This document shows positions 54,079 through 63,081 of a stretch of 64,000 nucleotides of DNA, piece by piece; the stretch's first letter is position 1; each line of letters opens with the position of its first letter. Made by a program: the position numbers and the translations under genes. The stretch is from a virus: the IMG/VR virus record IMGVR_UViG_3300024261_000009, positions 1 to 64,000 of that record, one strand, 5' to 3'. The notes under the pieces were generated by a model, which was not told the origin of the DNA, made no database searches, and worked only from the letters and a program-made list of their open reading frames with translations.

Positions 54079-55815
54079 ATGCCCTTAGCTGACGATCTGC
54101 TCGGCGTTTCTATAAACACGGCCCGACAGTACCAAGACCCCTTTAAGCTGTGGTCTGGCAATAACACGCCTAAGGATCTTAAATCCCTGTTTAAGTGGAC
54201 TGAATACCTCTACTACAATAGTGCCCAAATATACGCGGGCGTGAAGAAATTCGCTGAATACCCCATTACAGAAATACGTTACTTAACGACCAGTCCAAAA
54301 ATACGCGACCGCTACAAAGAGCTCCTGGAAGAAGTTATTGGGATAAAGAGCTGCTTAATACGCTCCTCCCTAGACCTCCATGTGTACGGGAATAGTTTTT
54401 CTTCCGTCCACATCCCGTTTAAGAGGTTCCTTGTCTGTGACTCCTGCGGTCATAAGTCAGATATAAGAAGCGTTGATTACACGCTAAAGTTAGATAAGCT
54501 AGCTTTCAAGGGACACTGCTCCTCCTGTAACAGCACTCGAAAGATGACCGTTGAGGACCAGCGCATCTTGGACGTGGAAAAAGTTAACCTGATACGGTGG
54601 GACCCTAAGTGCATCACTATCTCCCACAACCCCGTAACGGGGGACAGTCAGTACTACTTAGACGTACCCGAAGACTTGGTCTCCTCAATAAAGAAAGCCG
54701 ACGAACACCTTATAGCGTCAACTCCTTACAGCATACTGCAGGCCGTTTCTGAAGGATCGACTTTTAAGTTCGCTTCCGGGGAACTCTTTCACATGAAGTC
54801 AGATTCCCCCGCAGGGGTTGAGGGCGGGTGGGGCTACCCAAGTCTAATGGCCGCTATGCACCTTTTTTATCACGCGTCAGTTATGCGAAAAGCGAATGAG
54901 GCCATCGCGCTTGAGAGAATTGTTCCTATGCGAATACTTCACCCGGCAGCCACATCGGGTAATGGGGATCCCATCATGTCAATGTCCATCTCTAGTTGGA
55001 TAGACGATATGAAAACTTCTGTAAAAGAATGGAGGAAGGACCCTAACCACATGGTTTTCGCTCCTGTGGCTGTTGGAGTATCTCAGATCGGCGGCGATGC
55101 CCGGGCTCTTATGGTAGACTCAGAAATACAAAGAGCCGAGGACAACATAATAGCATCCATGGGGTTACCTAAGGAGTTCATCTACGGAGGACTGTCCTTT
55201 ACAGGATCCGGAGTCACACTTAGGATGCTAGAAAACCAGCTTGAGAGCTCCCTATTTCAGATAAACAACCTTCTTCAGTGGACCACGGACAAACTCTCTA
55301 AATACCTTAGTTGGGACAGCTGCAAGGTAGCTCTGGGAGACTTTAAAATGGTGGACGATGTGCAACAGAAGGGAATCTTTCTCAACTTGTGGCAGAGCGG
55401 AGTTGTCTCAAAAACAACTCTGGCGGAGGCCAACGGGATAGACCTCGCTGAGGAGCGGGAAAGAATGAAACAAGAGCAGCTTGAAGACGCTCAGTTGCAG
55501 AGGGAGATCCAGATGTCTATACAGGAGATGCAAAACACCTTAGCGGACCAAGCTCGAGCAGAGGTCCAAATGGGTAATCCCGGGCAGCAAGCTCAAGGTT
55601 CTCAGTACGACCAGCAAGCGGTAATAGCCCAGGCAGAGAATATAGCCCTTCAGATGCTACAGATGGACCCCAATATGAGAAGATCTCAGCTGTCCTCACT
55701 GCAGTCAGAAGACTACGTTATGTACTCCGTGGTCATCCAGAGATTAGAACAACTTCAACTGGACCAGAAGAACCAAGCAGCGCAGGCCAACCTGCAGCAG
55801 ATGGGAGTAAACTAG
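54079..55815 (+). CDS. Probable portal protein with zinc-ribbon insertion
   Basis: 578 aa; LHVYGNSF, LIRWDP, LFHMK...WGYP, ALERIVPMRIL, IIASMGLPKEFI portal-like pattern; Gln-rich C-terminus; AAGGAGG SD. Confidence 0.65.
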   Translation: MPLADDLLGVSINTARQYQDPFKLWSGNNTPKDLKSLFKWTEYLYYNSAQIYAGVKKFAEYPITEIRYLTTSPKIRDRYKELLEEVIGIKSCLIRSSLDLHVYGNSFSSVHIPFKRFLVCDSCGHKSDIRSVDYTLKLDKLAFKGHCSSCNSTRKMTVEDQRILDVEKVNLIRWDPKCITISHNPVTGDSQYYLDVPEDLVSSIKKADEHLIASTPYSILQAVSEGSTFKFASGELFHMKSDSPAGVEGGWGYPSLMAAMHLFYHASVMRKANEAIALERIVPMRILHPAATSGNGDPIMSMSISSWIDDMKTSVKEWRKDPNHMVFAPVAVGVSQIGGDARALMVDSEIQRAEDNIIASMGLPKEFIYGGLSFTGSGVTLRMLENQLESSLFQINNLLQWTTDKLSKYLSWDSCKVALGDFKMVDDVQQKGIFLNLWQSGVVSKTTLAEANGIDLAEERERMKQEQLEDAQLQREIQMSIQEMQNTLADQARAEVQMGNPGQQAQGSQYDQQAVIAQAENIALQMLQMDPNMRRSQLSSLQSEDYVMYSVVIQRLEQLQLDQKNQAAQANLQQMGVN

Positions 55816-55816
55816 T

Positions 55817-56176
55817 ATGTCCTCTAACGACCCTATAAAGGATTTTTCTCAGAGTATAGGGGGAGGACTTGACGCACCGAACCCTTTTAAAGAGGGTTTA
55901 GGGAAGACTAATGGTTTTGAAAAAGACCTATTCGAAGGAACTCCCCATGAGGCTAGTAAGCCTGCGACCCTAAAGTGGCGGCCGAAAGCGCGGGTGTTTA
56001 TCATTGATGAAGACGGCAACGAGGAGTACGAGGACATATTGGCGCAGGGGGCCAACGGGGAAGTCATGTTGGGCCGAAAGGAGATAGTGGATCTTAAAGG
56101 TTCTATTTCCTACAAGGTGTACTTGGAGTGGATGATACCTATTCGACCAGCTAAAAAGAAGCAGACTAACTCGTAG
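55817..56176 (+). CDS. Hypothetical protein downstream of the portal
   Basis: 119-aa ORF starting one base after the portal stop. Confidence 0.6.
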   Translation: MSSNDPIKDFSQSIGGGLDAPNPFKEGLGKTNGFEKDLFEGTPHEASKPATLKWRPKARVFIIDEDGNEEYEDILAQGANGEVMLGRKEIVDLKGSISYKVYLEWMIPIRPAKKKQTNS

Positions 56177-56261
56177 TCTGCTCCTCAAGGACGTCCTTAC
56201 TTTCTTCTCTTTGGCTTAGAACTTAGTTTCTTTAGCGCGCTTCTCTTTGTGTATATTGGTC

Positions 56262-56624
56262 CTACTCGCATCTTAACTCCGTTAAATTATTATTAAGTGC
56301 CTCGGGACTACTAACTGCCGCCTTAAGCAGTTTCCGAGACGTTTCCTCTTTAAGGTCCGCGGTTCTCCTCTGTTTTCTGGACTTTCTACAGGGAGTACAC
56401 ACGGGCCTAACCGCGAGACTACGAAACTTGTTTCCCCGAGCCGAAGCCACGGCGTTGTACCTCTCGACCTGATTTTTCCACCGGAAGAGCATCCCGATGG
56501 TTATGTCTATAAGTGCCTTTTCTCCGGGACACCTAACACAACTAGCCATCCCAACTATAACGTCGGTAGGATCCAGATCTGAGGTTCTTCTATCTATCCA
56601 CTCCCCGCTAGGAGGTTCTGTCAT
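56262..56624 (-). CDS. Small basic zinc-ribbon protein
   Basis: CVRC and CTPC pairs; likely ATG 56624 (track start 56774). Confidence 0.5.
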   Translation of the reverse strand: MTEPPSGEWIDRRTSDLDPTDVIVGMASCVRCPGEKALIDITIGMLFRWKNQVERYNAVASARGNKFRSLAVRPVCTPCRKSRKQRRTADLKEETSRKLLKAAVSSPEALNNNLTELRCE

Positions 56625-56817
56625 CAGGCCTTCTTCACAGCTTTTCGGAGCGCCCTGCTCCGCAAGAATTCTCGCCAGATAATTATATAAATACACTATT
56701 TTTTGCCTTTCTTTATTGTGGTTAGTGCTATTTGCATGAACACTACATGTGCCTTGCATATACTTGTGACACAATTAGGGGCGGTATTTTTGCTCCGATG
56801 CCCGCTTGGAGACCCTG

Positions 56818-59800
56818 ATGAAAGATTTAACCCCCGTTGTAATGAACCCCTACGACCGTAGGGATAAAATCAGAACCTCCGCCATCCAAGGAGTGGAAAG
56901 CCTATTTCCAATTCTAGGAGACCATAGAGATCTAGAGGTAAACAACCTTCGGGTAGATAAGAAAGACTACTCCGCTTCAGATATAAAGGACGCTGTTTTA
57001 TCTGGGAGAACTCTTGGGGAGCAACTGAAAGCGGACGTGACTATCCGGGATAAAAACGGGCAGGTTATAGACGTAAAAAAGAACCACTCTCTAATGAGAG
57101 TACCCTACTTCACCCCGCAGAACACTTTCGTGGTCAAGGGAAACGAGTACGTAGTTAGACACCAGCTGAGGACTATGCCTGGGGTATACACTCGAAAAAG
57201 AGGGAATGGTGAACTTGAGGCTAGCTTTAACTTAGCTAAGGGCTCCAATTTTCGTCTTAGTATGGACCCGGAAAAAGGTCACATGAACATGGAGTACGGA
57301 TCTTCGAAAATACCCTTGTATCCGGTACTTAGAGGCATGGGAATGACTCACACGGATATATCAAAGCAGTGGGGTTCTGGTGTAGCCAACCAAAACCAGG
57401 ATGCGTTTGACCCTAAGAGGGACAAACACGTAGACCGGCTGTATAAGAAACTGGTACCGCAGAGGAAGGTGGACTCTTCCCTAAATACAGGGGAAAAGGT
57501 TTCTGTTATACTGGATAAGTATTCCAACACACTCTTAGATAAAGAGACTACTAAGAAAACTTTGGGGGAAGCCCACACTAGCGTCACTCCCAGGAGCTTA
57601 CTCGCGGCAAGCAAAAAATTACTGCGAGTATACAAGGGGGAGGCGACCTCGGACGAGAGAGACAGCCTCGAGTACCAGACTCTCCACTCCCCTGAAGATT
57701 TCATCAGGGAACGCTTAGAGCATTCGGGCAGAAATATGCGGTGGAAGTTGAAATCAAAGCTAGACTTAACGTCTAAGCCGGAAATTAGTAAGGTTCTGCC
57801 CTCGTCTACGTTCACAAAGCCTGTGGACTCCTTCATAACCACCTCTCAGATAACCACCTCCCCGACTCAGATAAACCCCATTGCGTTAATTAACGATGCC
57901 AGCAGCATTACCCGATTCGGGGAAGGGGGTATCGGAAGTGAGAGAGCTATCCCCGCGGACGTCCGAACTTTACACGCGTCCCACCTGGGAGCTTTGGACC
58001 CCTTCGGCACTCCAGAGAGCAGCAAATCCGGAGTAGATGTTCGGGCGGCTCAGCATTTATATAAGGATGATAGGGGGCGTCTTCACACCATACTCAAAAA
58101 CGTCAGGACTTCTAAGAACCAGTTTGTTCCCGTGTCGGAAATACCTAGGTCCACTGTGGCGTTTTCTAACCAGAACACCCTTTCGGGTAGTGTGGACGTA
58201 CTGCACAAGGGCAAGGTAACCAAGGTGTCCCCGGGTAAGGTTGATTACCAGGTACCCCACTCCTCGGTTCTATACGGAGTATCGACTAATCTTATACCTT
58301 TCCTAGATTCTACTCAGGGGAACCGGGCAATAATGGCCTCAAAACACGTAGCCCAGGCTGTGCCTCTGATCGGACGAGAAGCGCCTTTAATCCAGGTCGG
58401 GGCCCCCGAAAACAGTGGGTACTCCTCGATAGAGGAACTGGTGGCTAAAACTATCGTCTTGCCCACATCTCCGGTGTCGGGAAGGGTTACGCGCGTAGAC
58501 GATGATTTCATCCATATAAGAGATTCAAAAGGATCTCCCCACAAGGTTGTCCGATTCAAAGACTATCCCCTTGCGTCAAAGACGCATATAAACGAAACAC
58601 CTGTGGTCCGCAGGGGTGATAAAGTAAAGAAGGGCCAGGTTCTTTCTGACAATAACTACACGGTAGACGGGGTCCTAGCCCTGGGCAAAAACCTAAACGT
58701 GGGCTACATGGCCTACAGAGGTTTAAACTCAAATGACGCAGTGGTTATCTCAGATGCAGCCGCGGATAAGCTTACCTCGGAGCATATGGTCAAACGAGTC
58801 CTAGTGCTGGATAACGACCTCTCCCTAGGGGACAAGAAGCACGCGGCAAACTTCGCTTCGAGGTTTACTCGGGATCAGTATAGTAACTTGAAATCCGGCG
58901 TTGTTACTCCAGGAACCGTCTTGAGAAGTGGGGACCCTATAGCAACCGCAGTTAGAAAAGCCCCTCCTAGCGTTGAAAATGAAATGTTTGGTAGGATACA
59001 TAAGTCCTTGAGAAGAGAGTACGTGGACGACAGTCTCGTCTGGGAGGATCCCGAAGACGGAGAGGTTGTTGATGTAAAACAAACGGGCAACAGGTTAGCA
59101 GTAACTATAAAGTCCAAAAAAAGGATGAAGGTTGGTGATAAACTAACGAATCGGTACGGGGCTAAGGGCGTAGTATCTAAAATAATTCCCGATGCAGAGA
59201 TGATCCAGGATGCTTCGGGGAGCCCTATTGACCTACTATGGTCTTCCTCGGGTGTCATAAGTCGAATAAATCCAGGCCAGATTGTGGAGACCGCTGCCGC
59301 TAAGGTGGCTAAGAAGCAGGGCAAACCAATCGTTGTCCAAAACTTTTCCAACAGAGATAACGTTCAGTGGGCCAAAAAGTTACTAAAGGATAATGGCCTA
59401 ACCGACAAGGAAGAGGTTACCGATCCAATCACGGGAAAGAAGATACCAAATATCATGGTGGGTCCTCAGTATGTCTATAAGGGCTTTAAGTCTACGGATA
59501 CTAATTTCTCTGCTCGAGGGGCGGGAGGGTCGTACGACATTAACCAGCAGCCTGGGAGAGGAGGCATCTCTGGTGCCAAGGGGATGGGCAGGATGGAAAT
59601 TAACGGACTGCTTGCACACAACGCACGAGACATCCTAAGGGAAAATGCGGTTATAAAGGGCACCAGAAACACTGAGTACTGGAATGCGGTTAGACTCGGG
59701 CTACCCATCCCTTCTGCGACGGCTCCTTTCGCGCACAATAAGTTTGTTTCTATGCTTACCGGAGCCGGTATGCGAATGAATCGAGAGGGAAACCAGGTCA

Positions 59801-61167
59801 GCATGGCCCCTCTGACAAATAGAGATATAAGGAAGATGTCTTCCGGGGTTATTACTTCCGGGAAGATGGTTCGAGCCAAGGACCTGCGTCCCGAAGCGGG
59901 AGGACTCTTTGACCCTGGCGTGACAGGAGGGTTAACGGGGCAGAAGTGGTCTCACATAGAGTTAGACGAGCCCGTAGTCAGTCCTGTTTACCGGGACAGT
60001 GTCCGAAGAATACTGGGCTTTACTAACACAGAGCTCCAGGATACCGTGGAAAAAAAGGGCGGGGGGTTCATTAGAGAATCTCTTAAGTCTATAGATATCG
60101 ACGGTAAGATAAAATCTCTCACTAGGGAAGTTAGAACCAGATCTCCTGGGTCCTCTCAAGATGATGCTCTTAAGCAACTCAAGGCGTTTAAGGCCTTGAA
60201 GTCCCGAGGCGTTCGGCCCGAGGATGCCTACATTCTGGACGCGTTTCCCGTTTTGCCTCCTCAGTTTAGGCCTATAGTGCCAGGGCCTAAAGGAGACCTC
60301 TTAGTATCCGACGTTAACCACCTGTATAAGGACCTAGCCTTAGCTAATGAAAAGATGAAGGAAGCTAAGTCCTTAGGTCTTCCTGATAAAGATATAGGGG
60401 CCATGAGAGCCCATCTTTCAGACGCTGTTGGAGCTGTCGCGGGGCTTAACGATCCCGTTACCGACAAATCTCGTGCCGCGGCCAAGAAGGGGATTATTAA
60501 TACAATAGCGGGAACAAAAAGAGGCTTTTATAACGGGAAACTTATTAGTAAAAGATTAGATCTAACTGGGAGAGGAACCGCTGCACCAGACCCTTCCCTA
60601 GGTCTGGATGAAGTGGGTCTTCCCGAGGAGATGGCTTGGTCTATGTACCAGCCCTTTACGATAGGTAACCTGGTTAGGAGAGGGCACAAAGCTGTCCGGG
60701 CTAAAGAACTCGTAGAAAATAGGGACCCTATAGCCCGGGAGGCTTTATCTAGAGAGATTTCTCAAAGACCCGTGATTCTTAACAGAGCTCCCAGTCTGCA
60801 TAAGTACAGCCTAGTTTCCGCGTACCCCAAGATGATCCCCGGAAAAACTATAAAGGTTAACCCCTTCATTGAGGCGGGCATGAATTTGGACTACGATGGG
60901 GACGCGCTTCAGTTGCACCTACCAGCAACTCCTGGGGGAGTATCTGATGCTAAGAAGATGTTAATATCGGAAAACATCATGGGAACAAGGAATCGAGACT
61001 CTGTTCAGGTATTTCCAGAACTAGAATCCGTTATTGGACTGTATAAGGGGACAACGGGAACCTCCAGCAGGCCTATGCAAACGTTCTCTTCGCGCCGGGA
61101 GGCACTGGAAGCATACCGTAAGGGAGATATTTCTTTAAAAGACCCTGTAAGGCTAGTAAACGATTAA
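56818..61167 (+). CDS. Multi-subunit RNA polymerase: beta fused to N-terminal half of beta'
   Basis: beta: GEGG, DPFGTPES, NRAIMASKH..QAVPL, GDKLTNRYGAKGVVS; beta': GLFDP..HIEL, KRLDLTGR, LNRAPSLH, NLDYDGD (60883-60903); GGAG SD before ATG 56818 (track start 56806). Confidence 0.93.
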   Translation: MKDLTPVVMNPYDRRDKIRTSAIQGVESLFPILGDHRDLEVNNLRVDKKDYSASDIKDAVLSGRTLGEQLKADVTIRDKNGQVIDVKKNHSLMRVPYFTPQNTFVVKGNEYVVRHQLRTMPGVYTRKRGNGELEASFNLAKGSNFRLSMDPEKGHMNMEYGSSKIPLYPVLRGMGMTHTDISKQWGSGVANQNQDAFDPKRDKHVDRLYKKLVPQRKVDSSLNTGEKVSVILDKYSNTLLDKETTKKTLGEAHTSVTPRSLLAASKKLLRVYKGEATSDERDSLEYQTLHSPEDFIRERLEHSGRNMRWKLKSKLDLTSKPEISKVLPSSTFTKPVDSFITTSQITTSPTQINPIALINDASSITRFGEGGIGSERAIPADVRTLHASHLGALDPFGTPESSKSGVDVRAAQHLYKDDRGRLHTILKNVRTSKNQFVPVSEIPRSTVAFSNQNTLSGSVDVLHKGKVTKVSPGKVDYQVPHSSVLYGVSTNLIPFLDSTQGNRAIMASKHVAQAVPLIGREAPLIQVGAPENSGYSSIEELVAKTIVLPTSPVSGRVTRVDDDFIHIRDSKGSPHKVVRFKDYPLASKTHINETPVVRRGDKVKKGQVLSDNNYTVDGVLALGKNLNVGYMAYRGLNSNDAVVISDAAADKLTSEHMVKRVLVLDNDLSLGDKKHAANFASRFTRDQYSNLKSGVVTPGTVLRSGDPIATAVRKAPPSVENEMFGRIHKSLRREYVDDSLVWEDPEDGEVVDVKQTGNRLAVTIKSKKRMKVGDKLTNRYGAKGVVSKIIPDAEMIQDASGSPIDLLWSSSGVISRINPGQIVETAAAKVAKKQGKPIVVQNFSNRDNVQWAKKLLKDNGLTDKEEVTDPITGKKIPNIMVGPQYVYKGFKSTDTNFSARGAGGSYDINQQPGRGGISGAKGMGRMEINGLLAHNARDILRENAVIKGTRNTEYWNAVRLGLPIPSATAPFAHNKFVSMLTGAGMRMNREGNQVSMAPLTNRDIRKMSSGVITSGKMVRAKDLRPEAGGLFDPGVTGGLTGQKWSHIELDEPVVSPVYRDSVRRILGFTNTELQDTVEKKGGGFIRESLKSIDIDGKIKSLTREVRTRSPGSSQDDALKQLKAFKALKSRGVRPEDAYILDAFPVLPPQFRPIVPGPKGDLLVSDVNHLYKDLALANEKMKEAKSLGLPDKDIGAMRAHLSDAVGAVAGLNDPVTDKSRAAAKKGIINTIAGTKRGFYNGKLISKRLDLTGRGTAAPDPSLGLDEVGLPEEMAWSMYQPFTIGNLVRRGHKAVRAKELVENRDPIAREALSREISQRPVILNRAPSLHKYSLVSAYPKMIPGKTIKVNPFIEAGMNLDYDGDALQLHLPATPGGVSDAKKMLISENIMGTRNRDSVQVFPELESVIGLYKGTTGTSSRPMQTFSSRREALEAYRKGDISLKDPVRLVND

Positions 61168-61219
61168 CTGGTAATGCAAACCTCGTAGTCCTATTTTAAA
61201 ACAGTCAGGAGAATATGAA

Positions 61220-61693
61220 ATGTCGCAACCCAAGTTAATACCACTAGTCCTGCTTTTCGCAACCCTATCGGTCCCTTTCGTAGCCACATCCCAAGACGGG
61301 GGCGCTAATGATTCCGGTACAGCCTCCTCTGCGGGCGAAGAATCTCCAGTGACAACAGCGCTTGGAGATCCCGAAACTGTAGAGCAGGCAATCCAATTAG
61401 TGTCTCAAGCCTTTGACATGGCCCTAGCGGGCCAGTGGCTCTTGCTAGCAATACTCCTGATACAGCTGGGGGTGTTCCTCATCAAAAGATACGCTCCGAG
61501 CGGTTACATGAAGGCCTGGGGGTCCGTTACTGTGGGCGCTCTGGCGGCTTTGATAGCAGTCCTATCCGGCTTATCCGGGGGATTGTCTTGGCAGGAATGC
61601 CTCGTAGTGTTCCTCTCGGGCCCGGCCTCGTCTCTAGCAGTAGACTTCTTGCACGCTATGGGCTGGCTTAAAAGAAAGACTCTCGATGCTTAG
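61220..61693 (+). CDS. Multi-pass membrane protein with signal-like N-terminus (holin-like candidate)
   Basis: Hydrophobic leader plus about three TM segments and basic C-terminus (LKRK). Confidence 0.45.
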   Translation: MSQPKLIPLVLLFATLSVPFVATSQDGGANDSGTASSAGEESPVTTALGDPETVEQAIQLVSQAFDMALAGQWLLLAILLIQLGVFLIKRYAPSGYMKAWGSVTVGALAALIAVLSGLSGGLSWQECLVVFLSGPASSLAVDFLHAMGWLKRKTLDA

Positions 61694-61943
61694 TACTGCG
61701 TATAAAATCGGTAGTGTCACCGCTGTTGCTGACTTTCTAGCTAAGGCAGCCTCCTCGGAAACCTCTGAGTCGGGGGTGGCGGAAAACTTCATTGCCCGGA
61801 TCAACCAAATAACAGTGGGCTCTTCTGAAGAAGATGCCTCTCAGGCCAAACGAACGGGGAATGAGGTGTCTGCCTCAAGCCCCTCAACACGTCAAGCGGT
61901 AAGCTGGACGTCTCCCACGATAATTCATTCTGGAAGGCCTTAG
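61686..61943 (+). CDS. Small protein with MLxxAY(K/R)xGS leader
   Basis: Begins MLSTAYKIGS; overlaps upstream gene by 8 nt. Confidence 0.65.
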   Translation: MLSTAYKIGSVTAVADFLAKAASSETSESGVAENFIARINQITVGSSEEDASQAKRTGNEVSASSPSTRQAVSWTSPTIIHSGRP

Positions 61944-61946
61944 TAA

Positions 61947-62720
61947 ATGCTTAGTAGAGCCTACAAAGCCGGAAGTTACGAAGCTGAAGAGGCCTTTCTC
62001 GAGCGGCTATCCGGGGACCCGTCCTTTGAAAAGGTATCGTGGGCGGCACTCCGTACTATAGGATCCTCCCTCATGGGTACTGGGGCTAGGGCAGGGACAT
62101 CCTCAATAATGTCCGGCGTGGGCTCCGGAGCAAGGGCTGCTTGGGGTGCGGGCATGGCATCCAGACCCGTGTCTGCAGCTAAGTTCATGTTAGGCATGGG
62201 CGGAAAAACTAGGCTTGGAAAGAACCTCTCTTTTTGGGGAGCTTCTCCACTAACCTTCGGGGGTGTTGGTGCCGCTACGGCCGAAGAGGGAGAGAGGGGC
62301 GAAGCCTTCATGAAGGGTGTCGCTGGCGGCCTACTGTTCAACGTAGGTATGCGCGGAGGGGAAAAACTAGTGGGTGGGGGCTTACTGAAGGCCCTGAAAC
62401 CTAAGGCGGGCATTGGGTTGAACGCTTTTACAAAGCACACCGCAAAGAGTGTAAAAGCACACAAGGGTCTTATGCCAAAGGGGGTCCCGCCCCCGCAAGC
62501 AGGAGAATACGCCGTTGGTTTTAAACAGCTGGGAGCGGCGGATAAGTTACGGAGAGGCTCGGTAGCTACGGGCACCGCTCTCGGCGGGATGGCAGGCGGC
62601 TTCGGACTTTCGATGGCAGCAGACCCCCTGGTGAACATTTTCTCTAAGAAGAACGTTCCCTACAAGGTCCCTCCAATGACACACGTAAATAACCCGTATA
62701 ACCCGGTATACTACAGGTGA
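61947..62720 (+). CDS. Glycine-zipper protein with MLxxAY(K/R)xGS leader; putative internal virion protein
   Basis: Begins MLSRAYKAGS; several GxxxG hydrophobic stretches. Confidence 0.65.
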   Translation: MLSRAYKAGSYEAEEAFLERLSGDPSFEKVSWAALRTIGSSLMGTGARAGTSSIMSGVGSGARAAWGAGMASRPVSAAKFMLGMGGKTRLGKNLSFWGASPLTFGGVGAATAEEGERGEAFMKGVAGGLLFNVGMRGGEKLVGGGLLKALKPKAGIGLNAFTKHTAKSVKAHKGLMPKGVPPPQAGEYAVGFKQLGAADKLRRGSVATGTALGGMAGGFGLSMAADPLVNIFSKKNVPYKVPPMTHVNNPYNPVYYR

Positions 62721-62724
62721 GTAG

Positions 62725-63081
62725 ATGTTAGATATTGCATACAGGATAGGTTCTCGAAGGGCAGAAGAGGAGGCTCTTTTAAAGCATTCCTCGCTGGCTA
62801 AGAGTTTAGCAGCAGCAGGCGTGTCCGGGAGCGTTATAGGTTCCGTAGGAAGCCAGTTGAGTTCCAGAGATGACGGTTCCCTATTCCTAGACCCCAAGCA
62901 GGTGTCCGGCCAGGCTATCACAGAGGGGGCCGCTACAGGACTAGGCGCAATGGGGGGGTTAGCCGCGGGTAGAACCTTCGGAAAAGGCTTTTGGCCCAGC
63001 GTTCTGGGAATGGCTCTGGGAGGTACTATAGCCCCTACCGCTGTAAGAAACCTAGGTTCGAGTAGAAACAATGTCTATTAG
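62725..63081 (+). CDS. Glycine-zipper protein with MLxxAY(K/R)xGS leader; putative internal virion protein
   Basis: Begins MLDIAYRIGS; GAATGLGAMGGLAAG and LGMALGG zippers. Confidence 0.65.
   Translation: MLDIAYRIGSRRAEEEALLKHSSLAKSLAAAGVSGSVIGSVGSQLSSRDDGSLFLDPKQVSGQAITEGAATGLGAMGGLAAGRTFGKGFWPSVLGMALGGTIAPTAVRNLGSSRNNVY

Noticed and set aside
40768-61167. Inteins or introns in polA, terL, primase or RNAP
   Set aside because: No C/S...HN splice ends, LAGLIDADG motifs or frame interruptions were seen
678-63071. Many antisense or alternate-frame ORFs in the track (e.g. 678-1268, 31961-32635, 61976-62638, 62547-63071)
   Set aside because: They lie wholly opposite or within motif-bearing genes and show no motifs of their own; treated as shadow ORFs
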